Assembly: GCA_016874055.1 (NCBI GenBank)
Contig: VGVG01000004.1
Coordinates: 123 to 32,122, forward strand
Direction: 5' to 3'
DNA: 32,000 bases
DNA from: Gammaproteobacteria bacterium
GTDB taxonomy: Bacteria; Pseudomonadota; Gammaproteobacteria; Steroidobacterales; Steroidobacteraceae
Below the pieces are notes generated by a model that saw nothing but the letters and a program-made list of their open reading frames with translations, was not told the DNA's origin and made no database searches. The position numbers and the translations under genes are program-made. How positions within the stretch are numbered: position 1 is the stretch's first letter; every line of letters starts with the position of its first letter. Of this stretch, positions 8,068 to 17,210 are shown piece after piece.

Positions 8068-9222
8068 TTACTGAGCGGGCGTCAGTCGAAATAGCTTTCC
8101 AGTCGACTCGGACAATACGTACAGCGCGCCGTCTGAACCCTCGCGTACGTCACGCACGCGTCCCAACCCGCTAATCCGTTCTTCGCTCGTAACGGTGTCA
8201 CCATCAAGGGTGAGCCGAATGAGCAATTGCTCGCGCAAAGACCCGAGGAAGAGACTGCTGCGCCACTGTGGAAACAGCGTGCCGGTGTAGAAGCTAAGTC
8301 CGGACGGTGCGATCGACTGCGGGAGCCAGATTTTAAGCGCTTTCGGAATATCCTCGCGCTCGGTGCCCTGACCGATCGCACGACCAAGACCGTACGTTCG
8401 TCCGTGAGTGATCAAAGGCCAGCCGTAATTACGACCCGAGCGCAGGATGTTAAGTTCATCGCCGCCTTGCGGCCCATGCTCAGTTGCCCATAACTCACCG
8501 GTACGTGGATGGATGGCGGCACCTTGCACGTTGCGATTGCCGTAAGTGAAGATCTCAGGCATCGCCCCGTCGCGCTTGGCGAACGGGTTGTCTGCGGGAA
8601 TTCCGCCTGTCTCCGTAATGCGCATCACGCCACCGAGATGGTTGCTGAGATTCTGCGCGTCGTCCTGACGACCACGATCGCCGAGCGTGACGAAAAAATG
8701 ACGCTTACGATCGAAGACGAGTCGCGAGCCGAAGTGTTGTCCTGCGCTCGCCTTAGGTTTCTGAGAGAAGATCACCTGCACTTCAGAAACGCTGCAATCA
8801 TCACCTTGGCATGAGAGTCGACCCCGGGCAACGTCCGTGCCCACCTCGCCGTCCGCACCAGCTGAATAGGACCAAAAGATCACTTGGTTATTACGGTAAT
8901 CGGGGTGACTGACGACGTCTAATAACCCGCCCTGACCGCGCGGCGTGATCGGTGGTAACCCCGATACCGGGCGTTCGAGCAGTCTACCCTCACGCATAAC
9001 ACGAAGATTGCCCGCCTTTTCCGTAACCAGAATCAAGCCATCGTGGAGAAGCGCCACGCTCCACGGTAGAACTAGACCGCTCGCAAGCGTGTCGATCTTC
9101 AGGGTGTATTGTTCGGTCTTGATCAACGCGTCTTGGGCCAAAGAAAACGGTGTAACTGAAATGGAAAAGATCGTCAAAAAGATGAATTTTAACTTTCTAA
9201 CCGAACCGAAACCTGAGAACAC
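8068..9222 (-). CDS. PQQ-dependent soluble sugar (aldose/sorbosone) dehydrogenase, YliI-like
   Basis: Signal peptide, beta-propeller repeats and the hallmark GRNYGWPLITHG. GTG 9222 has AGGAGG 6 nt upstream. Confidence 0.85.
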   Translation of the reverse strand: MFSGFGSVRKLKFIFLTIFSISVTPFSLAQDALIKTEQYTLKIDTLASGLVLPWSVALLHDGLILVTEKAGNLRVMREGRLLERPVSGLPPITPRGQGGLLDVVSHPDYRNNQVIFWSYSAGADGEVGTDVARGRLSCQGDDCSVSEVQVIFSQKPKASAGQHFGSRLVFDRKRHFFVTLGDRGRQDDAQNLSNHLGGVMRITETGGIPADNPFAKRDGAMPEIFTYGNRNVQGAAIHPRTGELWATEHGPQGGDELNILRSGRNYGWPLITHGRTYGLGRAIGQGTEREDIPKALKIWLPQSIAPSGLSFYTGTLFPQWRSSLFLGSLREQLLIRLTLDGDTVTSEERISGLGRVRDVREGSDGALYVLSESTGKLFRLTPAQ

Positions 9223-9250
9223 AGCTGCCTCCTAAAACGTAATTTGGATT

Positions 9251-9265
9251 TTATTCCCATTCAAT
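9251..9265 (-). repeat. att-like copy of the guaA 3' terminus (distal island end)
   Basis: TTATTCCCATTCAAT versus TTACTCCCATTCAAT at 22058-22072, in the same orientation. On the minus strand it still reads IEWE-stop. The 12-mer TCAACGACTTAC lies nearby at both sites (9293-9304 and 22036-22047). Confidence 0.6.
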
Positions 9266-9426
9266 ATATGCCTAATTTATAATCCAATACTTTCAACGAC
9301 TTACCAGCTCGATATATTTTTGTGTAAGTTTTGTGCAAGTCATAAAAGGCATCTATGTTGAGAGCAGTGTGGGTGACGATGGATGTTGGGAGTATAGACG
9401 TTACACACCGTGCAAGCGGCAACGTC

Positions 9427-9672
9427 CTAGCTGGCGATCGCCTGTTTGCCTTTTTCGGTGAGCATCACCGAATCAACCATAACGTTCACAGCCACCATTT
9501 CGCTCTGCTGTAAGGACTCGACTACTTCCATAACCTCGCTCCAAGTAGCACCACACTGCTCCTCGAAGTGATTTGCGATATCTGCCCCGCTAACGCCTTC
9601 CAAACAATAGGGCGATCGTTCGGGTGAATCACGCACGAATCGGAGTACGGATTCACTAGTTATCTTACTCAT
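9427..9672 (-). CDS. small (81 aa) hypothetical protein, possible winged-helix DNA-binding protein
   Basis: ATG start 12 nt after the stop of the upstream ORF, in an AT-richer segment. The VLRFV...GVSGADIANHF...EVVESLQQSEMV...LTEKGK layout resembles a stand-alone wHTH. No family recognised. Confidence 0.45.
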   Translation of the reverse strand: MSKITSESVLRFVRDSPERSPYCLEGVSGADIANHFEEQCGATWSEVMEVVESLQQSEMVAVNVMVDSVMLTEKGKQAIAS

Positions 9673-9684
9673 ACCACGTAACCT

Positions 9685-10077
9685 CTACGCTAGCCGACCC
9701 AACAGCTCCACGTACGTTGATTGCGCCCTGATACTTTGCTCATGCATGGAGTCAGGCCCTGCTTCCAGCGTCATTTGACAGCGATAGGTTTCAAAGTCGA
9801 TCAAGCCTGAGACCACTGCCATATTGATCAACAACAATGCGCTGTGAAGATCACGTAACAAGACATACTGTGTTCGCTGAACGTCGCTCCAACCATTAAA
9901 TATCGTGCTAACAGCTCCGACTCGATTGCCCATAGATGCCAGCTTCAATACGCCCCATACCGCTACATTCGGCAGCAACATGTTCTGCAGTTCTAGCAAG
10001 AATTCGCGTACATCGTCTCGAACGTCATCAATATCAATAGCGCACTGCTCGCCAATAACACGCTGAATGTAGTCCAC
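9685..10077 (-). CDS. hypothetical protein (start uncertain, possibly 5'-truncated)
   Basis: The ORF is open through the junction with the truncated ROK gene. GTG 10077 sits exactly at the compositional junction, and the first ATG is at 9981. The N-terminal CAIDIDDVRDDVREFLLELQN vaguely recalls the last helix of PqqD/RRE-type domains. No family recognised. Confidence 0.35.
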   Translation of the reverse strand: MDYIQRVIGEQCAIDIDDVRDDVREFLLELQNMLLPNVAVWGVLKLASMGNRVGAVSTIFNGWSDVQRTQYVLLRDLHSALLLINMAVVSGLIDFETYRCQMTLEAGPDSMHEQSIRAQSTYVELLGRLA

Positions 10078-10301
10078 GGACAGCCGCCGACGCCAATCTG
10101 CCGCACAGGCGCGGTCTGCAATTCCACCTCGGTCACAAGCTCGCGTACCACGGAGAGCGCGGAGGGGTAATCGCTCGGAGTCGCGACTCGCCTGCGCACA
10201 ACCGGCGTACCCTGCGCATCGAGCGCCGCAACCTCGATCTTCGTGCCGCCGAAATCGACACCGATCAGCGGCGGGACTTTTGGATCTGACTCGAGTGACA
10301 T
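10078..10301 (-). pseudogene. ROK-family sugar kinase (NagK/glucokinase-like), N-terminal ~75 codons only
   Basis: MSLESDPKVPPLIGVDFGGTKIEVAALDAQG...ATPSDY...VRELV...QIGVGG is the ROK N-terminal ATP-binding region. Similarity ends abruptly at ~10078, where AT-rich DNA begins. Confidence 0.7.
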
Positions 10302-10376
10302 CCCGGCGACTACACCCGGCGAACCGCCGCGCGACGCTCGATGCATCGGGCGGCAATTCAGGCCGAGGCTATGACG

Positions 10377-13300
10377 TCAAAAGGTCTTCGAGAGCGTGGC
10401 ATACACGTATCTGCCCGTGGCGTTCGCCAGGCTGCCAAAGTAGCCGAAGTTCGTCGAAGTGATCGGCGGGTCTTTATCTTCGATGTTGCGAACGCCGAGA
10501 CGCAGCGAAGTACGGTCAAGCAGATCGTCACGACGACGGAAGTCGTACTGGCCGTACAAGCTCACAGTCGTCCAGCTCGCAACCTCAAACAATTGGCCGT
10601 TGACCGCAGCCGGGCCGGTATCGAACACTGAACCCACATAATTGGCGAATAAGCCGGCTCGCCATTGCTTTTCACGCCAGGTAAGCGAAGCCGAACCGCG
10701 CCATTCCGGATTGCCGTTGACACCAATCTGATTGCCGGCCGCCGTGACCACGATGCCCGAGCCCAAGCGCCCTGCATTGTTGGCCGCGATGACCTTGCCG
10801 GCCATCTCGGTGGGCTGCTGCTCGAACTTGGTCAGCTTGGCCGCGTTGACGGTAAAGGTGAATGAACCCAGCTTGGTGCGCCGCAGCTCGTAGCGCAGGC
10901 TGGCGTCGAAGCCTTCGAGTTGTCGCGGCGTGATGTTGAAATAGTTGTCCTTGATCTGCAGCAGCTGCCCGACACGATTCGTGCCCACGGGCGGGTCACG
11001 AACGAGATTCGGGTTGCTCTGTCCGTCGAGGCGCAGCAGGTAGTCGTACAGCAACTGCACTTGCCCGCCCTCGATACCAATGACTTCGGTTTGTTTGATC
11101 GACCAAAAGTCGACCGACAGCGACACCTTGCCCGCCGCGTCTGGCAAGAACGTCGGTTGCAGGATGATACCGGCCGAAAGGTTGTCAGCTTCTTCGGGGC
11201 CGAGACCCCGGTTGCCTGAACGAACCTCGATCGTGCTCGCTCCCGCGCAGGTCACGGCATTGATTCGGCAGAAGGCGAAATCGGTACGTGTGTTGCTGAC
11301 CTGAGTGCCCGAGCTATAGAACTGCGGCAAGTTTGGCGCACGGAAAGCCTGCGACGCCGAGCCGCGCAGCGCGAGCCAATCGGCGATCGCCCAGTTGAGC
11401 GCAATCTTTGGTTTGGTGACAGTACCGAAATCGGAATAACGCTCGGTGCGACCCGCGAGCTGCATCTCCACCGATTTCACGAGCGGAATCTCCATCTCAG
11501 GCGATACCACCGGCACTGCGAGTTCGAGATAGCCAGAAATGATGGAGCGATGCGCACGCACATCCGGCGACGGGCTCGCGCCCATCACGTCCGTGCCGTA
11601 AGTGATGTTGCTAACGACATCGGTGTACTTGATCGTACCGTCGAGTCGCGGATCACGATTATCGACATAGCTCTCGCGACGCACTTCGACACCCGCAGCG
11701 ATACCGACGTCACCACCCGGCAACGCCCGCACGTCGGGTCGCGAGGCTTTCAAATCCCACATCGACAACGACGTTTCGCTGATGCGATTTACGCCGACCA
11801 GAAAGCCCCTGATGGTGGCGGCGTCGCTCGGGGTCGTATCGGCACCCGAATACAGCAACTGGTTGCCGCCATTGAAGGGGTTGTAGGCATCAGGCGTTGA
11901 CTTGGCGAGCGCCTGCTGGAAGAGCGTATTGCTGACCGCGTTGGTGGTGAAATCGTCGGTCTTCGCCCAGGAATAGACGAGCGCAGATTCCCAGTCGTAA
12001 CCCCACTTCTGACCACGCAGGCCGGCAAGCAGGCGATAGCTGTCGTCGGTGACTTCGTAGACACGCGGGCCGGTGTCCACCGGTCGATAAGTCGTAAGGC
12101 GCAGGGGCAACCCCGTGGTCGGCACGTTCACGAGGTTCGGCAAGCGGTTCGGGTTGGCGACGCCATTGATGGTGGTGGCACCGAGCGGATTGTAATAGTT
12201 CGAAGCCGGGATGGAGATCACCGCGCTCGCCAGTGGCGCCGACTGCTCGCGAAGTCCCGAGAAGAACGCGCGGTAGTAACCGGCCTCACCAAAGAATTCG
12301 AGATCACCAAGATCACGACTGACCGTGGCGAAGGCGTTATATCGATCGACAGCGCCTTTCAGGGTGCGATCCGCATTCTCGTTGTAGCGCAGTTCGCGAT
12401 CGACGGCGCCGGTAATCGTGCCGGCACGCAGACAAAGATTGCTGTTGTAAGTGGTACTGCTGCAGCCTGCCGCCGTGTTGGAAATCGGTTCGACACGAAA
12501 AACGCCGGACGTGGTGAGCGCCGTCGTCCCCTGACGAACTGCCACCGTGCTCGGAATGACCGTGAAAGAACCCCAGGGCGACGAGGTGCTGCGGTTGTCG
12601 AATGCCGTGTCGCCCGCCCAAGGAGTATCGGCAACTTTCCAACGATGATCTTCGCTCGCGGCGTAGTCACGATCAGTCGCCAGCAGCCGATTACGCGTGT
12701 AGTACCCGGCATAGACCGCAAGACGCGTTCCGTTTTCGAAACGAGTTCCGGCCTTGAGGTTCACCGTGGTTTCACGGTGCGGGGTGCCCTCGGAGCCACC
12801 GTACTGCGCTTCCATACGCAGGCCTTCGAAATCAGACTCGAGCACGGTGTTGACGACGCCCGCGACGGCATCAGTACCGTAAATGGCCGCAGCACCGTCA
12901 CGCAGGACCTCGACGCGCTTTACGCCCGCGACTGGAAAAGCATTGGTATTCGCAGTCTGCACCGGTACGAAATTTTCGGTCTGCGTCCCCGGGGCGGGGA
13001 CCACGCGACGACCGTTCAGCAACATCAAAGTATTGCCAGTGCCGAGGCTGCGCAGGTTGATGGACGAAGTGTCGCCACGCGCATCGTTCAAGTTGCCCGT
13101 CGTACGCGCTTCCTGAAAAGCCACATCACCCGCCTGCGGAATCGAGCGGTAAAGATCGTCACCCGAAACCGCTGCGGTCGCGATGATGTCTTCTTTGTCG
13201 ACGACGGTGACCGGCAGCACCTCGGTGATCTTGGCGCCGCGAATCTGCGAGCCGACGATGACGACCTCGACCAGTTCTTCTTCGGTGCCTGCTTGCGGCG

Positions 13301-13403
13301 CAGCACTTTGTTGTGCGCTGGCGGCGGCTGTGAAGATCAGACTCGCCGAAAACACGAGGCTGCGGATCATTTGGGCGCGGGATGTTACGAACTGCGAGGG
13401 CAT
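10377..13403 (-). CDS. TonB-dependent outer-membrane receptor
   Basis: Signal peptide ending AASAQQ, a TonB-box-like ELVEVVIVGS, a plug domain (INLRSLG...TLMLLNGRR), a long beta-barrel and a C-terminal aromatic residue (..LSKTF). ATG 13403 has AAGGAG 11 nt upstream. Confidence 0.9.
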   Translation of the reverse strand: MPSQFVTSRAQMIRSLVFSASLIFTAAASAQQSAAPQAGTEEELVEVVIVGSQIRGAKITEVLPVTVVDKEDIIATAAVSGDDLYRSIPQAGDVAFQEARTTGNLNDARGDTSSINLRSLGTGNTLMLLNGRRVVPAPGTQTENFVPVQTANTNAFPVAGVKRVEVLRDGAAAIYGTDAVAGVVNTVLESDFEGLRMEAQYGGSEGTPHRETTVNLKAGTRFENGTRLAVYAGYYTRNRLLATDRDYAASEDHRWKVADTPWAGDTAFDNRSTSSPWGSFTVIPSTVAVRQGTTALTTSGVFRVEPISNTAAGCSSTTYNSNLCLRAGTITGAVDRELRYNENADRTLKGAVDRYNAFATVSRDLGDLEFFGEAGYYRAFFSGLREQSAPLASAVISIPASNYYNPLGATTINGVANPNRLPNLVNVPTTGLPLRLTTYRPVDTGPRVYEVTDDSYRLLAGLRGQKWGYDWESALVYSWAKTDDFTTNAVSNTLFQQALAKSTPDAYNPFNGGNQLLYSGADTTPSDAATIRGFLVGVNRISETSLSMWDLKASRPDVRALPGGDVGIAAGVEVRRESYVDNRDPRLDGTIKYTDVVSNITYGTDVMGASPSPDVRAHRSIISGYLELAVPVVSPEMEIPLVKSVEMQLAGRTERYSDFGTVTKPKIALNWAIADWLALRGSASQAFRAPNLPQFYSSGTQVSNTRTDFAFCRINAVTCAGASTIEVRSGNRGLGPEEADNLSAGIILQPTFLPDAAGKVSLSVDFWSIKQTEVIGIEGGQVQLLYDYLLRLDGQSNPNLVRDPPVGTNRVGQLLQIKDNYFNITPRQLEGFDASLRYELRRTKLGSFTFTVNAAKLTKFEQQPTEMAGKVIAANNAGRLGSGIVVTAAGNQIGVNGNPEWRGSASLTWREKQWRAGLFANYVGSVFDTGPAAVNGQLFEVASWTTVSLYGQYDFRRRDDLLDRTSLRLGVRNIEDKDPPITSTNFGYFGSLANATGRYVYATLSKTF

Positions 13404-13505
13404 GGTCGACAAGCTCCTTGTCTTTTTCAGGGGGTCAACGGGAAAAAACAAATATCCCCGTTCCCGTTAATATTGTCCATACCATAAGGACTCGCGGAGA
13501 GCGCA

Positions 13506-15254
13506 ATGAACTTCAGCTGTGCCATCGTCAAAGCCCGGTTCGGCACGCGAATTTGGGCAGCGCTTGCGCTGTCCCTGACCCTCTGGGCTGGTGGTCCGCT
13601 CGCCGAAGCCCAGCAACAGTCGCTGCTCGAATACCCGAGCATTCATTCGCCACGAGTGGGGCTGCAGGGCATGGTGGTCAGCCAAAATGAGACGGCGAGT
13701 GCGATTGGCGCCAAGGTGCTCGCCGAGGGTGGTAATGCCATCGATGCAGCCGTCGCCGTGGGCTTTGCCCTTGCGGTCACCCTGCCGCGTGCCGGCAATA
13801 TCGGCGGCGACGGCTTCATGACGGCGTATCTTGCCAACGAAAAGAAAGTCACCGTCATCGATTTTCGCAGCGTGGCGCCGCTTACCGCCAAGCTCGACAT
13901 GTTCGTCGATGCTCGCGGTAAAGAACGTCCGGAAGCCTCGGTCGGCTATCGCGCGGCGGCCGTACCCGGGACCGTGGCTGGACTCTGGATGGCCCACCAA
14001 AAATATGGGCTTAATCCTTGGGGCAAACTGGTGGCCCCTGCGACGGCGCTCGCTCGCGATGGGCTGGTGCTGAGCGGAGACGAAGCGTTTGTTTTCGGCT
14101 GGGGTCGCAAACGTCTCGAAGCAAGTGCCACGGCCAAGGCTACGTTCTTCAAAGCAGACGGTAGCGCCTACAAAGCCGGCGAGCGCTTGCAGCAACCACA
14201 GCTTGCTTGGACGCTGGAGCAAGTTGCCAAGGGTGGTGCAGAGGCTTTTTATCGCGGCGAAGTCGCCACGCGCATCGAGGCGGACATGCGGCGCAATGGC
14301 GGTCTCATCACGCGCGAAGATCTGGCGGCGTATCGCACCATCGAGCGCACTCCGTTGGTGGGCACTTATCGCAGTACCACCGTCTATACGCCCCCGCCCG
14401 CCAGCGGCGGTGCGGCCTTGCTGCTGATGCTCAATATTCTCGAAAACTTTGATCTCAGCCGCATGTCGGCAGGTTCTGCCGAGTCATTGCATCTGCTCGC
14501 CGAAACCATGCGACTCGGTCATCGCGATCGCGTCCGTCATTTCGGTGATACCGCTTTCGCCAAGGTGCCGCTGACGGGTATCACCTCCAAAGGCTACGCT
14601 GCCGAACGCGCCAAGCTCATCAATCCACGCCAGGCCAATGACGACGACGACATTCGCGCCGGCGATCCTTTTGCCTATGAAAGTCCAAGCACAACGCACT
14701 ACTCGGTGGCTGATCGCTTTGGCAACGTCGTATCTGTGACCTACACGCTAGGATCGGATTTTGGTTCGGGCGCGATGATCGACGGCACCGGTATCCTGCT
14801 CAACAATCAGATGAACAATTTCAGTCATGAGCGGGAATTTCGTGCGGCAGAAAGCAATGACCCCGAACCTGCGAACGCCATGCGCCCGGGCAAACGCATG
14901 ATGTCGACCATGATGCCGACGCTGGTTTTTCGTGACGGCAAGCCTTGGCTTGCGCTCGGCACACCGGGCGGCGGCCGCATCATCAATACCGTGCTGCAAG
15001 TGCTCGTGAATGTCGTCGACTTCCGCCTCAATATCGATGAAGCAACCCATCAGGCAAGGATTTCGCAAGGCGATGGTCCGCTCGAAGTAGAACCGAACTT
15101 CAACCCCGATACCTTGGAGTTGCTGCGCAAGAAAGGTCATCGCATCAAACAGAGCGATACCATGGGCAGCGCGCAGTCGATTGCACTCGAGAACGGTTAT
15201 TTCTTTGGCGCGCCCGACCCGCGCCGACCGGGTGCGGCCGCCATCGCTCCCTGA
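13506..15254 (+). CDS. ggt: gamma-glutamyltransferase
   Basis: Signal peptide and the autoprocessing/catalytic site PSTTHYSVADRFGNVVSVTYTLGSDFGSG, plus GTPGGGRIINTV. ATG 13506 has GGAGAG upstream. Confidence 0.95.
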   Translation: MNFSCAIVKARFGTRIWAALALSLTLWAGGPLAEAQQQSLLEYPSIHSPRVGLQGMVVSQNETASAIGAKVLAEGGNAIDAAVAVGFALAVTLPRAGNIGGDGFMTAYLANEKKVTVIDFRSVAPLTAKLDMFVDARGKERPEASVGYRAAAVPGTVAGLWMAHQKYGLNPWGKLVAPATALARDGLVLSGDEAFVFGWGRKRLEASATAKATFFKADGSAYKAGERLQQPQLAWTLEQVAKGGAEAFYRGEVATRIEADMRRNGGLITREDLAAYRTIERTPLVGTYRSTTVYTPPPASGGAALLLMLNILENFDLSRMSAGSAESLHLLAETMRLGHRDRVRHFGDTAFAKVPLTGITSKGYAAERAKLINPRQANDDDDIRAGDPFAYESPSTTHYSVADRFGNVVSVTYTLGSDFGSGAMIDGTGILLNNQMNNFSHEREFRAAESNDPEPANAMRPGKRMMSTMMPTLVFRDGKPWLALGTPGGGRIINTVLQVLVNVVDFRLNIDEATHQARISQGDGPLEVEPNFNPDTLELLRKKGHRIKQSDTMGSAQSIALENGYFFGAPDPRRPGAAAIAP

Positions 15255-15640
15255 CGCGACGCGGATACGAGCAGACACTCGACCTCCGCCCGTCTTGGCG
15301 CCGAGGGCTGAGCCCCCGCTCGTGTCACCGACAGGGCAGCCGCAGCATTTGCAAATATCACGGCGTTTCGCAGCAGCTTACCCTCGGCGAGCGCGGTCGC
15401 GAGCGCCGCATTGAATACATCCCCCGCTGCCGTCGTGTCGAGTGCCTTTACTTTGAACCCCGGGACGAGTCGTGCACCATCGACAGCGACCACGAAGGCG
15501 CCACGCGCACCCATGGTAATGATGACTGTGGCGATACCGCTCGCCCGCAAGGCTTCGGCCGCTCTCGCCGCGCTCGCGTCGTCGGCAACACGGATCCCGG
15601 TCAGCAGCTCGGCCTCGGTCTCGTTAAGGGCCGCGTAACG
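15197..15640 (-). pseudogene. rbsK: ribokinase (PfkB family), C-terminal half only
   Basis: NETEAELLTGIRV...ITMGARGAFV...VKALDTTAAGDVFNAALATALAEG...ANAAAALSVTRAGAQPSAP aligns to the C-terminal ~145 aa of RbsK as I recall it. The N-terminal half is absent, and the frame is closed by a TGA at 15680-15682 in AT-rich DNA. Confidence 0.8.
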
Positions 15641-15768
15641 CAGAAGCAGGTTGAGGAATATCTGAAGCGCAATCAGGGCTCAAAGATAACTCTTAAGTCG
15701 TCCAAAAAATGACGCTGTCATTACTAAAGCGCGACGACACATAGAGCGTTACCCTTTTGGCGGATAAA

Positions 15769-16257
15769 ATGTATAGATCTACCAGAGATTTCATAAACGC
15801 AAGGAAGCAATTTACGGCTCCGTACATTCCTGAACATCTACCTAGTGTTCGTCGAATCGGCGGTGGTCAGCCTCAGTTATGCTATGTCAACGCAACGGAT
15901 TATATGGACCTTCAGGTAGCCAATGGGGTTGAGGTAGCTATACGAAGCGGATGGCTCGTGACTCCCTACGACAAAAAGACGAACTCATCGCTCATCATTC
16001 AGCATTGGTGGAACGCTGTGAGGAATAACGGATACGTTGATACCACTCCGCTTGATGATACAGCAGAGTATGTTGAAGACTGTGCTTTGAAAAAATTCTG
16101 TGTGCGCAATGACGGAAAGCTAAAGACTCATGTAGCGCACAGCTTGCTCTACAAAGATGGCATTTTCTCAGTCATCCTTGATCCTGAGAAAGGCGAACTT
16201 GCAAAGCTCGATGAATTGCGCACAGAATTTTTATACGCACGGAAATGGATTGCCTAA
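15769..16257 (+). CDS. hypothetical protein (162 aa from the ATG, 166 aa from TTG 15757)
   Basis: AT-rich ORF with GGCGGA upstream of ATG 15769. Convergent with the small recombinase gene, with the stops 2 nt apart. No recognisable motif. Confidence 0.5.
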   Translation: MYRSTRDFINARKQFTAPYIPEHLPSVRRIGGGQPQLCYVNATDYMDLQVANGVEVAIRSGWLVTPYDKKTNSSLIIQHWWNAVRNNGYVDTTPLDDTAEYVEDCALKKFCVRNDGKLKTHVAHSLLYKDGIFSVILDPEKGELAKLDELRTEFLYARKWIA

Positions 16258-16259
16258 AG

Positions 16260-16823
16260 CTAGACTAACTCCACCGCCCGCCGTTTCATCTCATCATTCA
16301 CATCGATGTAAGCCTGCGTGATGGCAATGCTGCGATGGCCAGCCAAACTGGCTAACACACGCACTCCCACGCCTTTGCTTGCGAGTGTGGTGATGAAGGT
16401 GCGGCGTCCGCTGTGGCTACTGGCACCGGCTATGCCCGCCCGCCTGTATGTCCAGTAGAACCACTGCGTGAGAGTGTTCGCCGTGAATCCTGACTTTTTA
16501 GCAGTAGGAAACAGCGGCAGATTCGCGGCTCTGCTCGTGCTGCGAAGATAGTGAGCAATTTCGTCGCGTAGTTTGTCGTTCAACAGCACTACTCGCCCAA
16601 ATCGTCCCTTTGTCTGCGTGGCTGCGAGGCGTACCTCGGCTTTAATCGTGCCGTCCTCAGTGCGTACATCACATATCCGCAGTGCTGCGATCTCGCCCAC
16701 ACGCATGCCACTCCAAAAACTCATCAGCACTAACAGCCGATTGCGTGCGGCGTGCTGTTTTGTCGCGACATACCGCAGCACTTGATCCAGTTCTGCTTGG
16801 GTGAGTGTTTTTGCTTGTGCCAT
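16260..16823 (-). CDS. small (187 aa) tyrosine recombinase, catalytic domain only (FimB/FimE-size class)
   Basis: The catalytic residues are present: GMRVGEI (Arg I), HSGRRTF (HxxR) and GHRSIAITQAYI (His/Tyr). The N-terminal LTQAELDQVL...HAARNRLLVLMSF layout resembles small invertase-type recombinases. ATG 16823 has GGAGG 6 nt upstream. Confidence 0.85.
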   Translation of the reverse strand: MAQAKTLTQAELDQVLRYVATKQHAARNRLLVLMSFWSGMRVGEIAALRICDVRTEDGTIKAEVRLAATQTKGRFGRVVLLNDKLRDEIAHYLRSTSRAANLPLFPTAKKSGFTANTLTQWFYWTYRRAGIAGASSHSGRRTFITTLASKGVGVRVLASLAGHRSIAITQAYIDVNDEMKRRAVELV

Positions 16824-17210
16824 CTGTGCCTCCTGACCAAATAAATGTAGTGGATTAATGTTGTGTTCTTTTCTCCTCTTATTTCCTACCTCAAAAGACC
16901 TTCCGTAAATCAAGAGGTTATAAGCGAAGAAAAGAGTTTCGCTGTTGTATTTGGTTATTTAGCAAGTAACTTGCCCAACCCTACGCGGAATTAGCCCGCC
17001 CCGCGTAAAACACGCTATAACGCCGTATAACGGGCTTTGCAGCGTGAGTCGCTACCCAAGCCAGCCCAAGCAGTGCTGCGTTCGTTGTAGGGCTTTATAC
17101 GCAGGGCTTACTGTTGGATTGCCCAATTTCCCCTGCTGTCCGCTGTTTTCTGCGGTGTAGTTTTCAAGCAGGACGGAGATCTCCAGTGCTGGTGATTTGT
17201 TCTAACCAGC

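Noticed and set aside
9685-10356. Full 223-aa ORF as a single gene
   Set aside because: Its upstream 93 codons are an out-of-frame reading of the GC-rich ROK kinase remnant. The composition changes abruptly at ~10078, so only the AT-rich part is considered potentially coding.
12645-14222. Long ORFs 12645..13487 (+, 280 aa) and 13467..14222 (-, 251 aa)
   Set aside because: They are antisense to the TonB-dependent receptor and ggt genes respectively. They have no motifs and show high-GC shadow-frame composition.
15197-15254. Convergent coding overlaps (ggt/rbsK remnant 58 nt; M23 peptidase/der 86 nt at 27397-27482)
   Set aside because: The overlaps involve poorly conserved C-terminal tails of convergent genes in high-GC DNA, where stop codons are rare. 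They are probably incidental.
14748-15278. 176-aa ORF on the minus strand overlapping the ggt 3' end
   Set aside because: It is antisense to ggt and is not the ribokinase frame. The real ribokinase remnant is the 15197.. frame.
15719-15725. CATTACT shared with the guaA stop region (22056-22062) as a possible internal att copy at the edge of the AT-rich DNA
   Set aside because: It is only 7 nt with no extension into the IEWE-coding part of the core, so it cannot be distinguished from chance.
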